Below are positions 13,531 through 23,565 of a stretch of 64,000 nt of DNA, in pieces (position 1 is the stretch's first letter; every line of letters begins with the position of its first letter). Source of the DNA: Tubiluchus corallicola (taxonomy: Eukaryota; Animalia; Priapulida); assembly GCA_030141605.1 (NCBI GenBank), contig JAQGDQ010000375.1, positions 62,001-126,000 on the forward strand, written 5' to 3'. The notes under the pieces are model-generated. The model worked only from the letters and a program-made list of their open reading frames with translations. It ran no database searches and was not told where the DNA came from. The position numbers and the translations under genes are program-made.

Positions 13531-13674
13531 AACAGTAACCCGTGATATAAATACCGCGCAATGATCATCACAAAAGGAGTGAAGATGTAGTTAGAAAATC
13601 AGTATTTGATTTTTCTTGCTGCTTATTATTTTAATACCTAATATTTTTTGATTTTCAATGTCAGTTTTTATAAC

Positions 13675-13675
<1 letters not shown>

Positions 13676-13769
<94 letters not shown>
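13676..13769. repeat. (TTA)n microsatellite
   Basis: Direct reading. Confidence 0.95.
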
Positions 13770-13770
<1 letters not shown>

Positions 13771-13905
13771 ACTTAGTATTATTGAGTTTTCTATTAGAAT
13801 ATAAATATGAACAAATAGCATCTCCTGATAAATTAGAAAATGTTCAGCTGGAGCTACAATTAACGGATTACATTAACATGAAGTACCCACGCGCACGCAT
13901 GCTGC

Positions 13906-13910
<5 letters not shown>

Positions 13911-13998
<88 letters not shown>

Positions 13999-14035
13999 CT
14001 CTCTCCCTCCTGCCTGCTCTCTCTCTCTCTCTCTA
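13911..14035. repeat. (CT)n microsatellite
   Basis: Direct reading. Confidence 0.95.
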
Positions 14036-14794
14036 CCTATTACATAAGAATATGTCATCTGTCCCCAGCCGCAATGAAACAGTGAACTGACTCAACAAAT
14101 CCCGTTATTCTTTACAGCTAATAAGATTCATAGCGACTTAAATCGATTTAGCCGTTATCTCAGTCACACACGCGTTCACAGTCAACGTCAAATCCCTTCA
14201 GTAAACTTAGTGCACTACAATCAACTGAACGCATTGATCCAGCTGATCTAAAATAGTATTCAACATTCACACACCTGCTCAGGGTGGAGTACATTCTAAT
14301 AAGCCTTGCTGCATTGTACGTTGTTATGATAATACTCGGAATTTGTTGTTTAACTGCTTAAATTCCTAATCACGAATCGAAATTAATCGAATTTGCCATT
14401 TGAATACTAACATCGAGAGTTATTCATTTTAAGCAATTGTAGGATAACGATAATGTTACCTAGTTAAAGTATATATGTTGCAAATACAGCGTAATACAGT
14501 TTTTACAAAGAATTTTTTATTAACTAATTTTTTGAACTCCCCCTCTCTCTCATACAGTTTATAATATCTCTCTGATCTCCTATTGTGATATAATGAACAA
14601 CAAACTACATTAAACGCACCCTTGCAGGCATTCGCATATTTTCACAACGCAAAGACTTCAGTTTTCTACGTATAATGTACGTTCATTTAATTTTTTTGAC
14701 GACAACTGTTAAGTTCCACTTTTCACTGTGTGATAGGGCGAAAGCTTGTGTGCAATCCGTTTTCGGTTGCAACGTTTCTTGCTGCGGAAGCTAA

Positions 14795-14940
14795 GTTTAC
14801 TGGTATAGAGTTTGTGAGTATTGAGTTCGTGGGTACTGAGGCTGTGGGTACTGAGGTTGTGCGTTCCAAGGTTGTGGATGATGAGGTTGTGGGTACTGAT
14901 GTTATGGATACTGATGTTATTGGTACTGAGCTTGTAGTGG
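14795..14940. repeat. Degenerate 15-bp tandem repeat (gggtactgaggttgt); reads TTSVP-like on the minus strand
   Basis: About 9 imperfect 15-nt units. Confidence 0.7.
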
Positions 14941-17799
14941 TATTAAGTTGATAAGATATGCTTGTTTAGTTTCCGTGGGTGGAGTGTGTAGTTTTATCAT
15001 AGATATCATTAACTGATCCCTTCTCAGCGTCTTCCATCAGTCTTACAACGTGTCATTTATTATACAACGCTTTCAGACAAGTACCACCAAAAACTTTCTT
15101 CGATTTACAGAAGAGACAATGAATAATTTTATTTTATATGGATGGTCAATAATGTTTTTCATTGTTAACATTTGGTCGCTTGTAGTGAGAACGTAAAAAA
15201 GTCTGAGACTAATTTGGTTAAGTATGCAGGGAGTTCGCGGGTTAGAGGGGCTCTTGGTCGTGAAGAAGAGCCACCAAGGACGACAAAGTAATCCATAATT
15301 AGTTACATTTAACCGACATTTTGCCAGCATGAAATTAGAAAAAAGAAATTTAAATGAAAACTCTGACTGTTGTAACGTTAACAATTTAGTGACTTAATCC
15401 ATAGACTCTTAATGTTTTGTAACTGCTACTGCGTGTAAAACTTTCGTTTTCATACTTCAATTATTGCGCTCTTGGATTTTGCCTGAAATAAGTTGCACAT
15501 ATTTTTGAATTGTTTCTAGCTCCCAAGAGATGGCACTGTGTACTGAGCTATATGCGAACATGTATTTGAGGAATCAAATCTGAATTGTGACATTTCTATT
15601 AAAGGAAAACCGGACGATTGTGTAGACATTAGTTCAAAATAAAGCATGCTCTAAAATATTGAAAACTACAAAAGCTTTTTTAAATCAAAGCTGAGATTAA
15701 ACAATAATTACCACGGATATTTAAATTTTGTTAAACGTTCAAAACTACGCGCGACTGAGCGAATCAACTAAGAGTGGCAATGGTGTCTTTTGTCACATTC
15801 GCGTGGCCGACAAATAGGCGCGGTACCGTGATAAGCATGATTTTGAAATGCCGTGTTCGTCTGTGACGTTTGTGAAGTAGCCCATTTTTGTGACACCACA
15901 TAGTGTCTTAAAGCAATATTCGTTTACACAAACGTGCTTGACGTGCAGCGAAGACGCCTACCATTGCACAAACTGTGGTTAGTTTGTGACGTAAGCGATA
16001 TCTGTTTTCAGTTGCCGTTAAATAACTTTCCAAGCTAATAATTCAAGTATAAGAAACAATTTCCAACTTTTATAGGCAAGAACATGTATATTTTGGACAA
16101 TAAACTAAAGTGAGTGTAGTCAATCGTCTAGTTTCTCTTCATGCAAAATTCCACAACTACGTTATAATAGTTTTATAACTAAGCAATGATTGTAAAATTT
16201 GTAGTGTATCCGTAGGCCATATAAAATTTACATTTGAATGATAGGGAACATTGGATTATTTAGCAGGGCTCCAAAAGGTATAGTTACACTAATGTTCACA
16301 AATTGAATGTAGTGAGGATTACCATCTGATTGTCTGTATTTCCTCAAGTTCAATTTTTTTCTAGTTGTCAGATTAGAATTCAAATAGTTATTATACCTAG
16401 GGTGTAGCTAATATTCTCTTCCATCCGAAATTTATTATCTAATACAGGCTGCTAGTACTTTGAATTTGTTTTTATCATTAATTTAGTGTTAAATGTCTAA
16501 GTTGGCCAATTTGCCTGTATATCCACCAACACTTCAATTCTAATTAGTTTAGTAAACCCGCCAAGTTTGTTTACATTGTGATTAAGCGGGTATTTATTAT
16601 CTAACGTAGCCATTGTTATGATTGTTACACTCCCACGAGTAACGACGAAAACGAATTTTTGATTAGCAATAATTTTTATGGTTGCCTAAATCGCGTGTGT
16701 ACACTATTAAATGTTGTTTGCAAAAGGAAATTAGAAAATGGCAAGCTACGTCAAACGATAGACGTTTTATTTTTGTATCCCGATTCACAATGCCTGAAGT
16801 ATTAAACGCTCGCTCAGTGCTGTCACTTCATCTTAATGGTAGTGATGATTTTAATGTTGACGTTAGTTGTAAATTTTTTGACTGTATTCAAAATTACAAA
16901 AGGGAGAACTAAACGTTTTAACGTGATCAGACCTTAGGATCCCTTTTATGTATTTTACGGAAAATTTTAAAGCTGTTATTGTTATTATTCAATTGTTACA
17001 TTATTCATTGCGTCACACAGCTCACTTTGTATGTGTACGTCTTTGTTTATATGTATTTGTATGTATGTATGTATCTATTCGTGTTTCTTCGTATGTGTAT
17101 TACTTTATTTTTTCTGCACTTCTGCTTGTACACGCATTTGCATATTGAGGATTCATGTACCAGTTTTAAAAACTGTTTAATTTGAACCAAATAAATTAAG
17201 TTTGAATTAACATACTACAGTATAAACTAACTAAACTCAACTTACAACGCATCAGGACAAGTATCTTGGGCAGCAGAAAACGTAATAGAAGTTATCCAAT
17301 CGTATTTTGTTAAGGTTAAAACTATCATGCACTTGCTCAATGAGCAGTATAGCAAGTTCACAATGGGAAAACACAAACAAACTTTTGCGGAAGACAAATG
17401 CTGCAATGTAACGCATAAATATTTTTGTGCACCTAATTCGTAGCAAGACACAAACTCATTAATTTGCAATGAACTTGTGTACGAGGTGAAAAGGTTATGA
17501 CAGCAACAGTAATCTTTAGAGGCTTAGACAAACACTCACTGCTGGTAATGTAATGAGTAACGATGGTTTAATATGAAACGAGCACTGTATGAAATTGAAT
17601 AATAATAGTATTGTACATATACGTCTTTTTTTAAAAATTGTTACTTTGGTTTTACTTATTCTGTGACTTCAGCCCTTCAGAATTCAAATTGTTTTATTAA
17701 GTTAACTATACCGACACGTGTTTCTGAGAATGCCAGAAAAAAATATAAAATTTGTTGCCCGTCAAAAATGGCTGCAGAGAACGAGTCTTTATTGCGACG

Positions 17800-18085
17800 T
17801 CCACATTAATATCGTCGTCTAGGTGCTTTACGTTCTAAAACACTTGTTGATGCCACGCATTCCTGTCCACCGCCATTGCCCACGATGCATTATCCTTCCA
17901 TTCTAGAGTTGTATTTGCTAAATCTTTTTGCAGTATATCTATATTCGTCAGCAGCTGACACCCTTTCGGATTTTTCGTTTTAAGAATTTTACATAATGAT
18001 ATAGAAAGAGGAAACTCTTGAGGTTGTCTTAGTGTATGCCCAATCCAATGCAACCTTCTTACTTGTATTTGCTTGCTCCAACGAT
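17800..18085 (-). mobile_element. Degenerate 3' fragment of an RTE-like LINE (related to the 29118-29805 copy)
   Basis: RRLHWIGHTLRQP...LQKDL...WAMAVDRNAW parallels [13 protein letters not shown]...AQKDL...[10 protein letters not shown]. Confidence 0.75.
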
Positions 18086-18741
18086 ATTAATATCAGTAAA
18101 TTACAAATAATATTCGCAATATTTTCTGCAGTTCTCTCCTTGTCCTGGGAGTCACTGCGTTGACTGCGAGCACACTGTGTTATTCATATAAAATGTAATA
18201 CGGTATTTCTGGTTAAATTAATTTCAAAGAAGACAGTCTTGCAATAAAGCAAAGACTGAAAGCAGCTGACCCTGGTCAATAGTTAAAAAGTGATGCTTGT
18301 ATTTGTTATGATTTTCGTTTGGAACGTTTTACAATTGCGAAATTCAGAAAAACGCAAGTCACTGGACGCAAATCGAATAAACGGTAAGTTAATTATACAC
18401 TTACTTTCATCCTACTCACATCTCATTTACACCTACTAACCTTTTAAGTTTATTATTATTAATAATACACTTTTACATAACACTTACGTATTTTGGTCGT
18501 TATAATACCTAACAATAATCGAAAAACATAATATTTATAAAGCATAGTTTCTGTGTGTGACAACTTGCTCGTTTTCGGGCATAAATGGTGATGAAAATAA
18601 TGACGTAAAAAGAAAAGGAAGTCTGATGTACAACCGCAACAATGAAGACAGATAGTCGTAATGTCTTGAAGAGTAGCTCCAAAACTGGACAAATGTCAAT
18701 GAAGCAAGTGCAATCCTATTTTTGAAAAAGGTGTCTTATTA

Positions 18742-21654
18742 TTACAATGTAAAATAGTACTTACTTCCTAAGTTGTTGCTGTCATACCCTCTACTCCCGT
18801 ATGAACTTTTTTCTCTACCATACTCGTCAAAGCTGCCATGTCCCCTAGAGCCCCCATTACCATTATATCCACCAGGTCCCCCATTTCCCCCATACCCTCC
18901 TGATCCTCCATTACCGCCGTAGCCTCCTGATCCTCCACTGCTGCCATAGCCTCCTGATTCTCCATTCTTGCCGTACCCTCCTGATCCTCCATTACCGCCA
19001 TACCCTCCTGATCCTCCATTGCCACCATACCCTCCTGATCCTCCATTATCGCCATACCCTCCTGATCCTCCATTGCCACCATACCCTCCTGATCCTCCAT
19101 TATCGCCATACCCTCCTGATCCTCCATTATCGCCATACCCTCCTGATCCTCCATTACTGCCATACCCTCCTGATCCTCCATTGCTGCCATATCCTCTTGA
19201 TCCTCCATTACCGCCATTCCCTCCCGATCCTCCATTACCGCCATACCCTCCCGATCCTCCATTACCGCCATACCCTCCTGATCCTCCATTGCCACCGTAC
19301 CCTCCTGATCCACCATTACTGCCGTACCCTGCTGATCCTCCATTACTGCCGTACCCTTCTAATCCTCCATTGCTACCATACCCTCCTGATCCTCCATTAC
19401 CGCCATACCCTCCTGATTCTCCATTGCCACCATACTCTCCTGATCCTCCATTACTGCCGTACCCTGCTGATCCTCCATTACTGCCGTACCCTCCTGATCC
19501 TCCATTGCCACCATACCCTCCTGATCCTCCACTACCATACCCACCAGATTCTCCACTGCCTCCATATGTGCCAGATTCTCCATTGCCACCATACCCTCCT
19601 GATCCTCCATTGCCACCATATCCTCTTGAACCGCCATTGTCACCATACCCTCCTGATCCTCCACTGCCACCATATCCTCCTGATCCTCCATTGCCACCAT
19701 ATCCTCCTGATCCTCCATTGCCTTCATATCTTCCTGATCCTCCGTTACCACCATATCCGTTTGATCCTCCATGGCCACCATACCCTCCTGAGCCACCATT
19801 GCCACCATACCCTCCTGATTTTCCACCACCCTCATATGCTCCTAATCCTCCATTGCCACCATGTCCATTTGATCTTCCATTACCACCATGTCCTCCTGAT
19901 CCTCCATTTCCCCCATATTTACCTGATCCTCCATTGCTACCATATCCTTCTGATCCTCTAATGCCATATCCTGATCCTCCATTACTACCACCATTATGAC
20001 CACCATTGCTACCATATTTCCGCTGTTTTTCTGGCCCAACATGTAATATTGGTTCAGTTATGTGCACTGTTTCGAACTGAACAGGATATTTGTTTTTTAG
20101 AAAATTATAAGTGGCACTTTGTTTTGTATTTCCCGTTGCTTTTGCTGCCTGCGAAAATAATTCCTTGGCTATTTGATCAGCATCTCGCTTTGCATTTATG
20201 CCGATACCTACTTCACCTGATCCAGTTCCACTCCTAGAAGATTTTGATCCGACAAAAGTTCTTGCTGAGCCCGATTTATATTGATCACCCACAACCGCGG
20301 GTTTCCCTTTGACTGCTGAACCTTTTGGAGCTTTTTTATCAGCTTCTTCCTTTGCTTCAATAAAACTAAAATCATCCACGTTCACAAAATCAAAAAATTC
20401 ATCTTCATTTGCTTCAGACTTACCATAAGCATCAGCTACTGGGTCTGCAAAATCTTCAATGAAATCTTCATCATATCTGCCACTGCTGCTTCCATAACCA
20501 CTGTTACCGCTATTTTCATACCCAAGGATTTCACCATTGTTTCCATAACCATTGTTCCCACCATTGGTTCCATAACCATTGCTGCCACTACTGCTTCCAT
20601 AACCACTGCTGCCACCATTGCCATAACCATTACTACCACCATTGCCTCCATAACCCTTACTGCCTCCATTGACTTTATAACCATTGCTACCACCATTGCT
20701 TCCATAACCATTGCTGCCACCATTGCTGCCACCATTGCTTCCATAACCATTGCTACCACCATTGCTTCCGTAACTATTGCTGTCACCATTGCTTCCGTAA
20801 CCATTACTACCTCCATTGCCTTTATAACCATTGCTACCACCGTTGCTTCCATAACCATTGCTGCCACCATTGCTTCCATAACCATTGCTACCACCATTGC
20901 TTTCATAACCACTGCTGCCACCATAACTTCCATAACCAGTACTGCCACCATTGTTTCCATAACCATTGATACCACCATTGCCTCCATAACCACTGCTGCC
21001 ACCATTGCCTTTATAACCATTGCTACCACCATTGCTTTCATAACCACTACTGCCACCATTGCTTCCATAACCATTGCTACCACCATTGCCTCCATAACCA
21101 TTGCTGCCACCATTGCCTCCATAACCTCTACTACCACCATTCTTTCCATAACCATTGCCTCCATAACCGTTACTGCCACCATTGCCTCCATAACCTCTAC
21201 TACCACCATTGTTTCCATAACCATTGCTACCACCATTGCCTCCATAACCATTGCTGCCACCATTGCCTCCATAACCTCTACTACCACCATTGCCTCCATA
21301 ACCGTTGCTGCCACCATTGCCTCCATAACCTCTACTACCACCATTGCCTCCATAACCTCTACTACCACCATTGCCTCCATAACCTCTACTACCATCATTG
21401 CCTCCATAACCTCTACTACCACCATTGCCTCCATAACCATTGCTGCCACCATTTCCATAACCACTACTGCCACCATTTCCATAACCGCTGCTGTCATCAC
21501 TGCTTCCATAAGAATTGCTGGCACGATAACTTCTGCTCATTCTTCCACCATGTCTTCGGCTATCATATCCACTTTGCCTGCCATTTTTGCCACTATAAGA
21601 AGCCACTGTGAGGGACACGCATGTCACTATAGCAAATATAATAATCTTCTTCAT
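18742..21654 (-). CDS. Secreted glycine/tyrosine-rich repetitive structural protein, 970 aa
   Basis: Signal peptide MKKIIIFAIVTCVSLTVAS; GGNGGSNGY and GGNGGSGGY 9-residue arrays flank an acidic non-repetitive core; acceptor taatag|GAAATG at 21658; AATAAA at 18449-18454. Confidence 0.9.
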   Translation of the reverse strand: MKKIIIFAIVTCVSLTVASYSGKNGRQSGYDSRRHGGRMSRSYRASNSYGSSDDSSGYGNGGSSGYGNGGSNGYGGNGGSRGYGGNDGSRGYGGNGGSRGYGGNGGSRGYGGNGGSNGYGGNGGSRGYGGNGGSNGYGGNGGSNGYGNNGGSRGYGGNGGSNGYGGNGYGKNGGSRGYGGNGGSNGYGGNGGSNGYGSNGGSSGYESNGGSNGYKGNGGSSGYGGNGGINGYGNNGGSTGYGSYGGSSGYESNGGSNGYGSNGGSNGYGSNGGSNGYKGNGGSNGYGSNGDSNSYGSNGGSNGYGSNGGSNGGSNGYGSNGGSNGYKVNGGSKGYGGNGGSNGYGNGGSSGYGSSSGSNGYGTNGGNNGYGNNGEILGYENSGNSGYGSSSGRYDEDFIEDFADPVADAYGKSEANEDEFFDFVNVDDFSFIEAKEEADKKAPKGSAVKGKPAVVGDQYKSGSARTFVGSKSSRSGTGSGEVGIGINAKRDADQIAKELFSQAAKATGNTKQSATYNFLKNKYPVQFETVHITEPILHVGPEKQRKYGSNGGHNGGSNGGSGYGIRGSEGYGSNGGSGKYGGNGGSGGHGGNGRSNGHGGNGGLGAYEGGGKSGGYGGNGGSGGYGGHGGSNGYGGNGGSGRYEGNGGSGGYGGNGGSGGYGGSGGSGGYGDNGGSRGYGGNGGSGGYGGNGESGTYGGSGESGGYGSGGSGGYGGNGGSGGYGSNGGSAGYGSNGGSGEYGGNGESGGYGGNGGSGGYGSNGGLEGYGSNGGSAGYGSNGGSGGYGGNGGSGGYGGNGGSGGYGGNGGSGGNGGNGGSRGYGSNGGSGGYGSNGGSGGYGDNGGSGGYGDNGGSGGYGGNGGSGGYGDNGGSGGYGGNGGSGGYGGNGGSGGYGKNGESGGYGSSGGSGGYGGNGGSGGYGGNGGPGGYNGNGGSRGHGSFDEYGREKSSYGSRGYDSNNLGSKYYFTL

Positions 21655-22124
21655 TTCCTATTAAAAGAAAAGAAAATAAGAAATTCACTTAGAACAAGAC
21701 TTTGGACTATTTTGCTCATGTGAAATGATGTCGTTACGAAAAGAAATTGAACGAAAAGCTTTTAGGTTTCGATAATATGGTTCATATGTAGGCTTACGCG
21801 GACAGGTTTAAAATTTCGGACATTTTTCAGACTTTTTATGGTTCCTGAACTATAGGATAGGTAACTGTTGCTTGATCGTGCACGTGTCCTGTTATTGTAA
21901 TTTAGCAATTTCGTCTACGACGCAAAATCATCTAAATTGTTGCAGATTAAAACTACCATGTAAAAGTCTTTCTGATAAAAAGTCCTTAAGCGGATTTACT
22001 GATTAGATTAGATGGATTAGATTATGAGTAGTGTTACAGCAGGAATAAAATTAGCAGTTCACTATTTCGACGGATTTCCACGGATTTGCTTCGACAATCA
22101 TTCGTACGCATTATCAACAGTCTA

Positions 22125-22822
22125 AGGTACATTTCACAGTGAGGACGCAAGGAAAATGACGTACGGAATTGCTATTAGAAAATCAGAAAATATTTAGAAA
22201 ATCTCCGATTTTTTTCTCAAGATCCCCATGCAGCAAGAAATTTCATTTCACAGTGAAACCGCGAGCTTTTTTTCGGCACGTCCAGGTAGCTGCAACTACT
22301 TTGCGAATTATATACTGCATAATCATCTCTAAAATAAATTGTACTTGCCGTATTTTTCATATACAAAGTATGTACATATAACGTTAGTCAATGCAATGGC
22401 AGAGCTGTTTGTATTTTTAGTAAAGTTCTACTAACCACTTTAAAATCGGAAAATGTACATATATAAAATAAATATGTGCGTGCGTTATTTCTCTGTTTCA
22501 CGCATGTAGACATCGATGTTGCATTAATGAAACATAAAATCGTCAGTCTGTTAAAAGAGAGATATAAATCGAATAATTTTATACTGAAACGTGTTAATTG
22601 TTGTTCGCTAAACAAGAAAAAAGTAATTTAACAGTTAAATTTAAGACTAAATTCCGCGAGGATACCTCACGAAAATGGAACATGCAATATTTCTATCATG
22701 CAGCAATTTTCCTCATGAGGAGGATGCATAACTTCTGAAATCTGTCATAGAAAACAATGTGCTCCTTTTTTGTGAGTAATGCTGCAAGGAATTTTGCCGC
22801 GCGTCGGCACTTTGAAAAGTTC
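22125..22822 (+). mobile_element. Non-autonomous TIR element (PIF/Harbinger-like MITE), copy 1
   Basis: Starts aggtacatttcacagtgagg; collinear in reverse with 61594-62347. Confidence 0.7.
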
Positions 22823-23237
22823 GCCAACGTGTTTTCGTGCATTATTTCATACCTTAGTGTATTCCAGCGGACGCCTATATATGCCTGCGAGCTTTTTGGG
22901 GCGTTTCAAATATCTATGTCAAGAAGCGATGAACTGTTAGTATAGTAGTGTATTGTTTCTGTTAGTGTCTATTATAATTCTAGCGACAAACGTTAAAACC
23001 AGCGAGTCCAGACTGGTCAATCATGTTTGGATACAATTATTATGGATACATAATTGTTGCAGTGAGTCGCAAGCAGCCTCACAATTGTCTTTGCCATAGG
23101 ACGACTTGCAAATTTTCCATCATTACTCTTATTATTTAGTACTTTTGAGTAAGATGTCAGTCAGAAAGAGATGTATTCTAAACAATTAATTAATATTATT
23201 AATTAATCATAAACAAGTGTATTTTAAAGGAACTTAC

Positions 23238-23329
23238 CTTGCTTTATGTGATGTTGCACCACCGGCACAGAAAACACTCTTTGATTCAACCACTTAGTCT
23301 GTGCAATTTGCATGATTATACCGTTTATA
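23238..23329 (-). promoter_or_regulatory. TATA box and ~60-nt non-coding first exon of the Gly-rich protein gene
   Basis: Minus-strand TATAAA at 23329-23324; donor AAG|gtaagt at 23238/23237 pairs with the acceptor at 21658 just before the ATG. Confidence 0.6.
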
Positions 23330-23464
23330 TAATAATTATTAGAAGGCGACCCAATTAGCTAAATCTTTTTAAATAAATACTGGAATCAAATTATAATCGA
23401 ACCTTTATTATAACATTGCATGAGATAAGTGTTGAAAAGCTAGCATGCATGCTAATTCAAGTTG

Positions 23465-23565
23465 GTGATGATGATGGTGGTGGTGGTGGTGGTGGTGGTG
23501 GTGGTGGTGAGGGTGATGGTGATGAAGACAATGAGGATGATGATGATGATGATCATAATAATAAT
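23465..23565. repeat. (GGT)n/(GAT)n compound microsatellite
   Basis: Direct reading. Confidence 0.9.

Noticed and set aside
13304-14090. Poly-His/Met/Ser/Asn and (SL)n/(RE)n ORFs
   Set aside because: Translations of (GAT)n, (TTA)n and (CT)n microsatellites
18768-21524. Long alternative-frame ORFs (PYPPDPPL.., MEDQEG.., ILHYRH.., MEAMVV..) overlapping the Gly-rich gene
   Set aside because: Shadows of the 27-bp coding repeat; only the Gly-rich frame has a signal peptide, crosses the non-repetitive core and has splice/promoter context
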